A stretch of DNA of 64,000 nucleotides from Dehalococcoidales bacterium. Lineage in GTDB: Bacteria > Chloroflexota > Dehalococcoidia > Dehalococcoidales > RBG-16-60-22. Location of the stretch: assembly GCA_034414775.1 (NCBI GenBank), contig DAOULX010000044.1, positions 3,150 through 67,149 on the forward strand, written 5' to 3'. Made by a program: the position numbers and the translations under genes. Positions 43,888 to 53,039 of this stretch are shown here, in pieces. Every line of letters begins with the position of its first letter. Position 1 is the first letter of the stretch. A model generated the notes under the pieces. That model worked only from the letters and a program-made list of their open reading frames with translations. It was not told where the DNA came from and searched no databases.

Positions 43888-43908
43888 ACCTAACAGTCGG
43901 GAGGACCT

Positions 43909-45564
43909 ATGGTAACGGCGGCCGAATTATTACGGCAAGGGAGACACGCCGAGCTGTGGCATATGTGCTGCGGCTTTCTCAGCTTGAATGTCGATGAATT
44001 CATGAGTGTTCAAGAGCGCCTCTTGATGAAGCAGATTGAGCTGCTCGGCGCTTCTAAATTGGGTAAAAAGCTCCTGCACGGGGCGCGTCCGACCACCATC
44101 GACGAGTTCCGCCAGATGGTACCGCTGTCGACTTATAAGGATTACTGTCCGGAGCTCTTGGAGAGACAGGAACAGACTTTACCGGAAAAACCTGTACTCT
44201 GGGCGCATACATCGGGCAAGACCGGGGAATATCCCGTCAAATGGGTTCCCATGAGCCAGGACTACGCGCGGGAACTGAGCATATCCCTCTACGGGGTAGG
44301 CATTCTCTCCTGTTGCAGCGGCTGGGGTGATACTTCTCGAATGACAACCAAGAATAAGGTCCTGTTTTCGGTGGCGCCGCGGCCTTATATCTCCGGTACC
44401 TTTGCTGACGTTTTAAAGATGCAAATACCCCTGGACTATTTACCGCCTCAGGAAGAGGCCGAAAACCTGACCTTTGAAGAAAGGCTGAAGCTTGGATTTC
44501 AACAGGCCATGTCCCAGGGCCTAGATTATTTCTTCGGGCTTTCTCTGGTCCTGGTCTCGGTAGGAGATAAATTTAATCAATCGTCCCAGAAGGTGGACCT
44601 GCACCCGTATCTCAAGCAACCCAAGGCTCTCCTCCGCCTGGGACGGGGCAAGCTGAGGAGCTTACTTGCCGGGCGTAAACTTCTACCCAAGGACCTCTGG
44701 TCACCCAAAGGCATTATCGGCAGCGGTGTCGATAGCTGGGTGTACAAGGAAAGGATAAAGGAGTTTTGGGGGAGGCCTCCCCTAGATTTATACTCTTGTA
44801 CCGAAGGCGGCGTCATTGCTACTCAGACCTGGGACTACCAGGATATGACGTTTGTTCCCAACCTCAATTTCCTGGAGTTCATTTCAGAAGAAGAGCAGCT
44901 TAAAAACATGATGGACCGTTCCTATCAGCCGAAGACATTTCTTATTAACGAACTGAAAGCGGGTGAAAACTACGAAATAATCCTTACCAATTTTCATGGT
45001 GGGATTATGACGAGGTACAGACTGGGGGATATGGTCAGGATTACAGCCCTGAAAAACGAAAAACTGGGTATCGAGTTACCTCAAATGGCCTTCGAGCGAA
45101 GGGTTGATGACCTGATCGATTTCTTTGTGGTACGTTTTACGGAAAAGACTATCTGGCAGGCGCTGGAGACTACCGGTATACCTTACGAAGATTGGATAGC
45201 CTTCAAAGACCCGGGTGAACAGACCTTGCATCTGATGATTGAACTAAAGAACGGCGTGGAGGCAAACAGCGACGCGATAGCCCAGGCCGTTTACAAACAG
45301 TTGATGCAGGTAGACGATGAGAAGGCCGATTTACTCGATGAAGGCTTTGTTGATTCGATAGGTTTCAAGGTAGACGTTACTTTTCTTCCTTCCGGTGCCT
45401 TCAGGAGTTATATGCGTCGAAGGCAAGAGCAGGGCGCCGACTTTGCTCACTTGAAGCCGCCCCACCTCAATCCATCAGACGATGTCCTCGGATTGCTCGG
45501 GCTTGAGCGTCATACCACGAGGACAGCGGAAGGTACCACCCCGGCGGGGAGACTTAATATTTAG
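43909..45564 (+). CDS. GH3 family (acyl-acid amido synthetase-like, adenylate-forming) protein
   Basis: 551 aa. WAHTSGKTGEYPVKWVP (acyl-adenylate P-loop-like), YSCTEG, RYRLGDMVRI motifs typical of GH3 proteins. SD GGGAGG. Confidence 0.7.
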   Translation: MVTAAELLRQGRHAELWHMCCGFLSLNVDEFMSVQERLLMKQIELLGASKLGKKLLHGARPTTIDEFRQMVPLSTYKDYCPELLERQEQTLPEKPVLWAHTSGKTGEYPVKWVPMSQDYARELSISLYGVGILSCCSGWGDTSRMTTKNKVLFSVAPRPYISGTFADVLKMQIPLDYLPPQEEAENLTFEERLKLGFQQAMSQGLDYFFGLSLVLVSVGDKFNQSSQKVDLHPYLKQPKALLRLGRGKLRSLLAGRKLLPKDLWSPKGIIGSGVDSWVYKERIKEFWGRPPLDLYSCTEGGVIATQTWDYQDMTFVPNLNFLEFISEEEQLKNMMDRSYQPKTFLINELKAGENYEIILTNFHGGIMTRYRLGDMVRITALKNEKLGIELPQMAFERRVDDLIDFFVVRFTEKTIWQALETTGIPYEDWIAFKDPGEQTLHLMIELKNGVEANSDAIAQAVYKQLMQVDDEKADLLDEGFVDSIGFKVDVTFLPSGAFRSYMRRRQEQGADFAHLKPPHLNPSDDVLGLLGLERHTTRTAEGTTPAGRLNI

Positions 45565-45577
45565 CTTGGAAACAATA

Positions 45578-45614
45578 GTACTTTAGTCTCCGTACTTTGG
45601 TTATCATACTTTGG
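45578..45614 (+). repeat. Three direct repeats (G/A)TACTTT(A/G)G spaced exactly 14 bp apart, abutting the -35
   Basis: gtactttag 45578, gtactttgg 45592, atactttgg 45606. Read directly. Confidence 0.6.
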
Positions 45615-45621
45615 TTTCCTC

Positions 45622-45650
45622 TTGACAGTAGGTACTCCTTGACTGATAAT
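45622..45650 (+). promoter_or_regulatory. Promoter (TTGACA-17-GATAAT) 7 nt upstream of ATG 45658
   Basis: Read directly. No SD. The spacer contains TACTCCT. Confidence 0.5.
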
Positions 45651-45657
45651 CCAATAT

Positions 45658-48600
45658 ATGAACGTCTACGCCATAGCCCCTTTTATTGCCACTATCGCGT
45701 ATATACCCCTGCTTATTACCACTCTTAGCAGCCGGCCGTGGCAGAAACGCCATAAGCTGTTCTTCCTGTTCCTTGTTTCAGCAATGGCGTGGAGTCTGCT
45801 GGTATATCTTTACAGGTCCAATCTGTTCCCGGATCTGAACACCTTTCTTTTCAAACTCGCGGTAGTTCTTTTCATGGTAATGGCGGTTCAATTCCATCTC
45901 TTCCTTACCTCTTTCTATCCTCAAGGGGTAAAACGCTGGTTGGTGTTTACGTACGCCTGTCTGCCACCACTAGCGGTTTTCATCATGTTGGGGTACGTGA
46001 CCGGCGAAGTGACCGTCCAGGACGGATACGTCCTCAGCTACTACAAACCGGGCATCTGGTTGGTTACCTCGGTTATGCTGGTCATCGGGGTTAAAAACTT
46101 TTATGTTTTCGGGAAAATGCTTAAGCACGTTAAAGACCCCGTGCTGCATAATCAAATAATGGCTTTGTATGTGGGTCTTTCAGTTCTCGTAATATTTGTA
46201 GTTATTAGTTTATTTGACTTGATTAAAGCGTTTCCCTTTGCCCATTACGGTAACCTCTTCAACGCTTTTATCCTCAGCTATGCGGTGGTCAGACACAAGC
46301 TGGTGGATATCAAGCTCGTTCTAAAGAGGGGTACCGCCTGGATAAGTCTCATATCTATTGGCGTCGCCGCCTTCTGGTTGTTACTGGTGGTATTTCACAA
46401 TGTCTTCGATTTCAGAATCGACTTTTTGGCTTCGCTGGTGGCCACCATGGTGGCCCTATCCGTATTCAGCGGGATTTACCTGTTACGCGCCCGTTTCTTT
46501 GAATTTGTGAACCGCGCCTTCGAAGGCAACAGTTACTACTTTCGCCGGCAACTCAGTAAATTCACGCTGAAGATACACAGCGTTTTCAGCCTGAAAGAGC
46601 AGGGGGGTGAACTTCTTGCTTTGCTGGTCAAGTCCGTAAACGTTAAAGAGGCCTGCCTGCTGTTTCCCGAACTCGGCAGCGAAGATTTCTATTCACAGTT
46701 CGTTGAACCCCAGAATGGCGGAAGTTTTGAAGGGCTTAGATTGAGGGCTGGTAACCCTATTATCCGCTATTTAGAAAAAGAACAAAAAATCTTACCTAAA
46801 GAAAGTCTGGCTGTTCTGCCGGCTTTTCTGGGATTGTGGCCCCAAGAACGGGAAGAGATTGATGCTAAAGAAATATCGGTATTTATGCCGCTGATAAGTC
46901 GAGGCCACCTGATAGCTATCCTTGTTCTCGGGCGCAAGCAGAACGGACGGTACTCGCTGGAAGACTACAATATCATCGAAGATGTTACCGGGCGTGTCGC
47001 GGTCAGCATGGAAAAGGAGTACCTCGCCGATCAGCTCCGGGAAAGGGAGGAAGAGCTCTCCGTTATCAATAACTCCAGTGCCATCCTGACATCGAGCCTG
47101 GATATTCCGGAAATATTTGGTACGTTTATCGAAGAGTTGAAAAAGGTGGTCGATGTCAACTGGTCCGCGATCGTACTCATGGAAGAGACCGGCCTACATT
47201 GCGCGGCCCTGTCCTCATCCGAAGGTTCAGCCTACCAGGTGGGTGAAAAAATACCCATGGAAGGCACCGGTACTGGCTGGGTAATCACCCAACGTAAGTC
47301 ATTTATTGAGCCGGATCTCTCGCAGGAGAGGTATTTCAACACCGGCGCGGTCTTTTACAAACTCGGATTGCATACGGTAGCCTATCTACCGCTGATCGCC
47401 AAAGGGCGAGGCATCGGGAGTTTTATCGTTGGTAGCAAACGGCCTCATGCCTACAGCCAGCGACTAATTAAGCTCCTGGAGCAGTTGGCGGCACAGATAG
47501 CCATGCCCCTTGAAAACGCCCAGCTTTACGCTCGTGCCGAGAAGAAAGCCAGGGTCGACGAGCTTACCAGGTTGTATAACCGGCGCTCCCTGGATGAGAT
47601 GATCGATAATGAGATCAGCCGGCACTCGCGTTATGGTGGGGTATTCTCGCTAGCTATATTAGACCTTGACTCCTTCAAGGCTTACAATGATACCTACGGG
47701 CACCTTTCCGGTGACCGGTTACTGACGGAGGTTGGTACCTGCATAAGCAGCACCATTCGTACCGCCGATTCGGCGTTCCGGTACGGTGGCGACGAGTTCG
47801 CTATTCTTTTACCGCATACGACGTTAGATGATGCCTATCAGGTTACCGAGCGTGTCCGTAAGAAGATCTCCGAAAAGGTGAATTGTGGTGAAATGTCTGT
47901 TTCCGCTAGCATCGGCCTGGCCTCGTGGCCGGACCATGGCATCAGCCACACCGATATTATCGCCGCTGCCGATGCTACCTTATACCAGGCCAAGAGAAAG
48001 GGCGGCAACCAGAGCCAATGCGCCGCCGAGAGCGTATCTTCCGAGCGTCAGAGAGACTCGCATGTGGACACGGAAAGCATCGATAGCGATATTTTAGGCA
48101 TGGCGAGGGTGCTGTCGGAGACGGTGGATGCCAAATGTGAAACCAATAAAAACCGCTCTAAAAACATCGTTGAAGACTGCCTGGCGATGGTAAAGGCGCT
48201 TAAATTTGATGATGCCACGGCAACCCGTCTGGAGATATGCGCTTTGCTGCATGATATCGGCAAGGTAAACATTGGCGATGAAATATTATCCAAGCCCGGC
48301 AGTCTTACTGACGAAGAGTGGGAGATTGTAAAGACCCACCCGATCATGGGAGCTGAGGTTGCCGCCAAGGTACCGAAGCTGGCTTCGTGCGTGGGTGGAA
48401 TTCTGCACCACCACGAGCGTTGGGACGGGACCGGCTATCCCGATGGCCTAAAGGGTGAGAATATACCTTTGGAAGCCCGGATTTTGGCTATCGCCAGCGC
48501 CTTTGCCGCCATGACTTCCGAAAGGCCGTATGCCCGGACTCTGACGTACGAACAGGGACTTGAAGAAGTCGGGAGATGCGCCGGTACTCAATTCGACCCT

Positions 48601-48669
48601 GAAATTGTTAAAGTGTTTCTTTCCCTGCATAAAGCAGGTATCTCAAGTAAAAAAAAGGTGAGGAGGTAG
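45658..48669 (+). CDS. Membrane sensor: N-terminal 7TM domain, two GAF-like domains, GGDEF diguanylate cyclase, HD-GYP phosphodiesterase
   Basis: Seven N-terminal hydrophobic helices. RxxD I-site (RTAD) 5 aa before an intact GGDEF. HD-GYP motifs LLHDIGK and HHERWDGTGYPDGL. Confidence 0.9.
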   Translation: MNVYAIAPFIATIAYIPLLITTLSSRPWQKRHKLFFLFLVSAMAWSLLVYLYRSNLFPDLNTFLFKLAVVLFMVMAVQFHLFLTSFYPQGVKRWLVFTYACLPPLAVFIMLGYVTGEVTVQDGYVLSYYKPGIWLVTSVMLVIGVKNFYVFGKMLKHVKDPVLHNQIMALYVGLSVLVIFVVISLFDLIKAFPFAHYGNLFNAFILSYAVVRHKLVDIKLVLKRGTAWISLISIGVAAFWLLLVVFHNVFDFRIDFLASLVATMVALSVFSGIYLLRARFFEFVNRAFEGNSYYFRRQLSKFTLKIHSVFSLKEQGGELLALLVKSVNVKEACLLFPELGSEDFYSQFVEPQNGGSFEGLRLRAGNPIIRYLEKEQKILPKESLAVLPAFLGLWPQEREEIDAKEISVFMPLISRGHLIAILVLGRKQNGRYSLEDYNIIEDVTGRVAVSMEKEYLADQLREREEELSVINNSSAILTSSLDIPEIFGTFIEELKKVVDVNWSAIVLMEETGLHCAALSSSEGSAYQVGEKIPMEGTGTGWVITQRKSFIEPDLSQERYFNTGAVFYKLGLHTVAYLPLIAKGRGIGSFIVGSKRPHAYSQRLIKLLEQLAAQIAMPLENAQLYARAEKKARVDELTRLYNRRSLDEMIDNEISRHSRYGGVFSLAILDLDSFKAYNDTYGHLSGDRLLTEVGTCISSTIRTADSAFRYGGDEFAILLPHTTLDDAYQVTERVRKKISEKVNCGEMSVSASIGLASWPDHGISHTDIIAAADATLYQAKRKGGNQSQCAAESVSSERQRDSHVDTESIDSDILGMARVLSETVDAKCETNKNRSKNIVEDCLAMVKALKFDDATATRLEICALLHDIGKVNIGDEILSKPGSLTDEEWEIVKTHPIMGAEVAAKVPKLASCVGGILHHHERWDGTGYPDGLKGENIPLEARILAIASAFAAMTSERPYARTLTYEQGLEEVGRCAGTQFDPEIVKVFLSLHKAGISSKKKVRR

Positions 48670-48714
48670 AGGCGGATCGGGGACGGTTCCGGAGCCCTGT
48701 CTGCCGAAAAAATT

Positions 48715-49407
48715 ATGAACAACAATAATCGGAACAATAAAATACAGGTGTTCGTCATCAGCCAGCAATCGTTGTTTCAACAGGCAGTGGAACATACAAT
48801 TGCCGATACGGATGATATCATCATCCTGGCTACAACGGGCATCAACAACGATGTGCTCAGAGCTATCGACAACCTGCCGCCGGACGTAGCCTTGCTCGAC
48901 CTGGACGGCCAGGCAGAGGGGGGTATCGACCTGGCTCGCCGGATCAAGCAGCGTTCGCCAAACATCGGCGTGATCGTGCTTACGTCTAATCCGGAGGACA
49001 ACCAGCTTTTCCAGGCCCTTAAAGCCCAGGCGGTTGCCTATCTGAGCAAGGAAACCACGGCCGTTCAGCTTATCGATACTATCCGGCGCGTCTATCGCGG
49101 CGAGCACCCGATTAACGAGGCCCTGACTTCTCGACCTCGTGTAGCCGAACACGTCCTGCAGCAGTTCCAGGAGCTTTCATCCCGTAGCGAGGCCGAACCC
49201 TTTATCTCCCCGCTGACGCCGAGGGAAATCGAGATACTGCAATACATTGCCCAGGGATTTCTCAACAAGCAGATTGCTGCCGAGCTGGGTATCAGCGAGC
49301 AGACAATCAAGAATCATGTTACTTCAATCCTGCGCAAGCTGAATGCCAATGCCCGCACCGAGGCCGTGGTAGTCGCTATCAAGCAGGGACTGATCAAGAT
49401 AAGCTAA
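48715..49407 (+). CDS. LuxR/NarL-type response regulator with atypical receiver (acidic pair replaced by SQ)
   Basis: VFVISQQSLF in place of the DD pair. Asp is retained in ALLDLDG. T (VLTSN) and K (YLSKE) are retained. LuxR HTH is LTPREIEILQYIAQGFLNKQIAAELGISEQTIKNH. Confidence 0.85.
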   Translation: MNNNNRNNKIQVFVISQQSLFQQAVEHTIADTDDIIILATTGINNDVLRAIDNLPPDVALLDLDGQAEGGIDLARRIKQRSPNIGVIVLTSNPEDNQLFQALKAQAVAYLSKETTAVQLIDTIRRVYRGEHPINEALTSRPRVAEHVLQQFQELSSRSEAEPFISPLTPREIEILQYIAQGFLNKQIAAELGISEQTIKNHVTSILRKLNANARTEAVVVAIKQGLIKIS

Positions 49408-49457
49408 ACAGCAAGTGTTAAATATAAAATAACAGTAAACAGGTTGGGAAATTAACT

Positions 49458-49502
49458 AAACCCCGCTCCTCCCCGTTATGGGTAGGGTGGGGTTTATTGT
49501 TT
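49458..49502 (+). terminator. Possible terminator after the LuxR-type gene
   Basis: AAACCCCGC...GTGGGGTTT imperfect hairpin followed by ATTGTTT. Confidence 0.4.
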
Positions 49503-49585
49503 GGGTGTTCTTAACTTCCTATAGTGATTATCAATTATGAGTCGGTACTTTGGCCTTTGAACCGTGTCCTGAACCTGTGTCATAA

Positions 49586-50161
49586 TTGACCGTGTCAGCT
49601 ACCGGATTTGTCTCCATCCTCGTAATCGCCCTGAGCCTCTCCGCTGACTGTTTCGCTGTAGCGCTCAGTGGCAGCTTTTCTGAAAAGCATCGTAATATTG
49701 GGCTGACTTTGAAGGTGGCGTTGTCTTTTGGTCTTTTTCAGGCCGGCATGACCTTATTGGGATGGACGGCCGGCCACACCGTTGTTGATTATATTGCTGA
49801 CTATGACCACTGGCTGGCCTTCTTGATGCTGGCATTTGTCGGCGGAAAGATGCTACGGGAGTCTTTCCGAACGAAAGACACCGGGGAAAAAACCGTTGAT
49901 TTCGGCGCCTGGGGGACGCTCCTGTTTTTATCGGTAGCCACAAGTATAGATGCCCTGGCTATAGGCCTGAGTCTGGCCTTCCTACAGGTAAATATCATCC
50001 TGGCCTCCCTGACCATTGGATTGGTAACCCTAGCGGTTACGGCTGTCGGGTTCGTCGCTGGCAGGAAGCTGGGATTGCTGTTCGGGAAGAAGGCCGAAGC
50101 TATCGGCGGAGTAATTCTAATTCTCATCGGCCTCAGGATATTGCTCGAGCATCTTCTCTAG
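49586..50161 (+). CDS. mntP: Manganese efflux pump MntP
   Basis: Two repeats of the LSADCFAVA / SIDALAIGLS motif and 6 TM segments. The start may be GTG 49592. Confidence 0.85.
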   Translation: MTVSATGFVSILVIALSLSADCFAVALSGSFSEKHRNIGLTLKVALSFGLFQAGMTLLGWTAGHTVVDYIADYDHWLAFLMLAFVGGKMLRESFRTKDTGEKTVDFGAWGTLLFLSVATSIDALAIGLSLAFLQVNIILASLTIGLVTLAVTAVGFVAGRKLGLLFGKKAEAIGGVILILIGLRILLEHLL

Positions 50162-50227
50162 TTATGTTACCCTTTGCCCGCTAAGATCCCTGTGTTAAAA
50201 TATTGTCAGGAAAAAGAGGTCTGGGAA

Positions 50228-52054
50228 ATGGCCAGCAGCCTGGTACAGGAAATACTCAATCGATTGCCGCACCGTCCCGGCGTTTATCTCATGAGGGACG
50301 CCGAGAAGAAGATTCTCTACGTGGGCAAGGCCTCAGACCTTTACCACCGCGTCCACTCCTATTTTCAGTCGGCCCGCCGCCTGACGCCCAAGATTCAGAG
50401 CATGGTCTCCCAGATAGCTGATATAGATTATTTTGTCGCCAGCTCCGAGCAAGAAGCCCTCATCATGGAGCTGAATTTCATCAAACAGTACCACCCCCGT
50501 TACAACGTCAGCCTCAAGGACGATAAGACCTTCCCCTACTTAAAGCTGGATACCCGCCAGGACTGGCCCAGGCTTTACATCACACGCCGCTACGAGCCGG
50601 ATGGCCGGCGCTATTTCGGGCCCTTTTCCAGTGCCCGGTCCGTTAAGCAGACCTTGCGTCTGTTGCAGCGTATCTTTCCCTTCCGCATCTGCTCTAAAGA
50701 AATAAACGGCAAAGCCCCCCGGCCCTGTCTGGAATACCACCTTGGTCATTGCCTGGCCCCGTGCACCGGCCAGGTAACCCGCCGCGAGTATGCCCAGGTG
50801 ATCAAGCAGGTGGTCCTTTTTCTGGAAGGCAAACAAGATAAGGTATTACGTGATTTGAAGGGCAGGATGGACCGGGCCGCCAGGGCCTTAGACTATGAGA
50901 AAGCGGCTCGGTTAAGGGACCAGATACAGGCGATAAATGCAGTCATCGAAGGCGAGCGGGTAGCCGCCGTTATACGCGGCGATGAGGACGTTATCGCCTT
51001 CGTCCCGGACAATGACGAGGCGTATGTCCAGGTTTTATTCGTACGCTCCAGCAAGCTGACCGGCCGGGAGTGCTTCGTCATGAAGGGGGCCCGCCAGGAA
51101 GACCCGCAACAGATCATGACCGGCTTCATCAAGCAGTACTATTCCTCGCGACCGCAGATACCTCCTTTGCTACTACTCCAGTACCCGGTGGATGAAAAGG
51201 AGGTCATCAAAGAGTGGCTCAAGGGCAGGCGAGGTGGCGCAATCGAAATCCAGGTGCCGCGGCGGGGTAACAAAAAACAGCTCGTCGATATTGCCACGGA
51301 GAACGCCCGGCAGGGCCTGGAACAGCTCAAGGTCAGGGAGATTACCGCGACGAAGTCCCTTGATGATGCCCTGGCGGAGATCGAAGAGGCACTGGACCTG
51401 AGCGGTCTTCCGGAGCGACTTGAGGCCTACGATATCTCCAATATCCAGGGTACCTCCGCCGTGGGGAGTCTGGTTGTCTTCGAAAACGGCCGGCCCAAAC
51501 CGGCCCACTACCGGCGCTTCAAGATAAAGACCGTCCCCGGCGCCAACGATTACGCCATGCTCCAGGAGGTATTACGCCGGCGCTTTACCCACCGCCCCCG
51601 GAATGGGGCTAATGTCCAGGATACCTGGGCTATCGTGCCCGACCTCGTTCTCATCGACGGGGGTAGGGGGCAGCTCAATGCCGCCACCGAAGTACTCGAT
51701 GAGCTGGGCGTGAATGTTCCGGCGGCCGGCCTGGCTAAGGAGAACGAGGAGGTCTTTTTACCCGGGCGGAAGGAGCCGGTGGTCCTGCCGAAGTCTTCGC
51801 CGGGGCTCCAGCTCTTGCAACGTCTCCGCGACGAGGCCCATCGTTTCGCCTTGGGATATTTCACCAATGTCCACCGGCGCCACACGTTCACCTCCGCGCT
51901 GGACGATATTCCGGGCGTCGGCCCGCGGCGCAAGAGCGCCCTGCTGCGTCATTTTGGCTCCGTGCCGAAGATCAGGGACGCCTCCGTCGAGGAACTCGTC
52001 GCCGCCACGGGCATGTCCCGGGAGCAGGCCGCCAAGATAAAGGAGCACCTCTAG
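50228..52054 (+). CDS. uvrC: Excinuclease ABC subunit C
   Basis: GIY-YIG N-terminus (PGVYLMRDAEKKILYVGKA), UVR domain (LDYEKAARLRDQIQAI), RNase H-like endonuclease and C-terminal HhH. ATG is at 50228. Confidence 0.95.
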   Translation: MASSLVQEILNRLPHRPGVYLMRDAEKKILYVGKASDLYHRVHSYFQSARRLTPKIQSMVSQIADIDYFVASSEQEALIMELNFIKQYHPRYNVSLKDDKTFPYLKLDTRQDWPRLYITRRYEPDGRRYFGPFSSARSVKQTLRLLQRIFPFRICSKEINGKAPRPCLEYHLGHCLAPCTGQVTRREYAQVIKQVVLFLEGKQDKVLRDLKGRMDRAARALDYEKAARLRDQIQAINAVIEGERVAAVIRGDEDVIAFVPDNDEAYVQVLFVRSSKLTGRECFVMKGARQEDPQQIMTGFIKQYYSSRPQIPPLLLLQYPVDEKEVIKEWLKGRRGGAIEIQVPRRGNKKQLVDIATENARQGLEQLKVREITATKSLDDALAEIEEALDLSGLPERLEAYDISNIQGTSAVGSLVVFENGRPKPAHYRRFKIKTVPGANDYAMLQEVLRRRFTHRPRNGANVQDTWAIVPDLVLIDGGRGQLNAATEVLDELGVNVPAAGLAKENEEVFLPGRKEPVVLPKSSPGLQLLQRLRDEAHRFALGYFTNVHRRHTFTSALDDIPGVGPRRKSALLRHFGSVPKIRDASVEELVAATGMSREQAAKIKEHL

Positions 52055-52056
52055 GC

Positions 52057-53037
52057 ATGCCGGCCAATCTGAATCCGGAGTACTTTGCCGCCGAGAAGGC
52101 CTTCCGGGCCGCCAGGACCACCCTGGAAAGGATCGCCTGCCTGGAGGAGATGCTGGCCATTATGCCCAAGCACAAGGGTACGGACCACCTGCGCGCCGAC
52201 CTGCGCACCAAGATTGCCAAGCTGACTCAGTCCCTGGATAAAAAAATGGCCACCCAGCGAGCAACGATGACGATCGAAAAGGCCGGGGCCGCCCAGGTCG
52301 CCGTCATCGGTCTGCCCAACTCGGGAAAGTCTCAGATTGTGGCCGGTCTGACCAAGGCCGCGCCGACCGTGGCGGCCTATCCTTATACAACCCAGACCGC
52401 CACGCCGGGAATGATGGCCTTCGATAATATCCAGATACAACTTATCGATACGCCGCCCCTGAGCGACCAGCCCCCGGAGTGGTGGCTGCTGAACATCATC
52501 AAACGGGCGGACGGTCTGCTGCTGGTCGTCGGCCTGGACGAAGACCCGCTGGATCAGGCGGAGGCTCTCCTTAGCATCCTGAGGGAGAAGCGCATCGGGC
52601 TGGGCCGCGCCCCGGAAAATCCGCCTGACGACATCAACGCCCCGATTACATGGAAGAGGGCGCTGCTGGTAGCCAATAAGGCCGACCTCGACCCCGGCGG
52701 TGAGAATTTCAAGGTATTGCAGGAGCTTTACCCTGACCTGCCGGCTATCGCCATCTCAGCGCTCGGGCCGGATCTTGACGAACTGAGGCCGGCGGTGTTC
52801 CGAATGCTGGATATTATCCGGGTCTATACCAAGACCCCCGGTAGCAAACCGGACATGACCGATCCTATCATCCTGGAGCAGGGGAGCACTCTGGAAGCGG
52901 CCGCCGCCTCGGTGCACAAGGACTTCGCCAATAAGCTGAGGTACGCCCGCATCTGGGGCTCCGGCAAGCACGACGGCGTCATGGCGCGGCGTGACCACGT
53001 TCTCCAGGATGGGGATATCATCGAGTTACACGCCTGA
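52057..53037 (+). CDS. OBG-family GTPase of the DRG/Rbg type with C-terminal TGS domain
   Basis: G1 GLPNSGKS, G3 DTPP, G4 NKAD. The TGS-like end is IRVYTK...LQDGDIIELH. Confidence 0.8.
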   Translation: MPANLNPEYFAAEKAFRAARTTLERIACLEEMLAIMPKHKGTDHLRADLRTKIAKLTQSLDKKMATQRATMTIEKAGAAQVAVIGLPNSGKSQIVAGLTKAAPTVAAYPYTTQTATPGMMAFDNIQIQLIDTPPLSDQPPEWWLLNIIKRADGLLLVVGLDEDPLDQAEALLSILREKRIGLGRAPENPPDDINAPITWKRALLVANKADLDPGGENFKVLQELYPDLPAIAISALGPDLDELRPAVFRMLDIIRVYTKTPGSKPDMTDPIILEQGSTLEAAAASVHKDFANKLRYARIWGSGKHDGVMARRDHVLQDGDIIELHA

Positions 53038-53039
53038 GG

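Noticed and set aside
49408-49585. Expected yybP-ykoY (Mn2+) riboswitch upstream of mntP
   Set aside because: I could not find the conserved GGGGAGUAG or GAGAC cores, or a four-way-junction-like pairing. The region holds only a terminator-like hairpin and a TACTTTGG motif.
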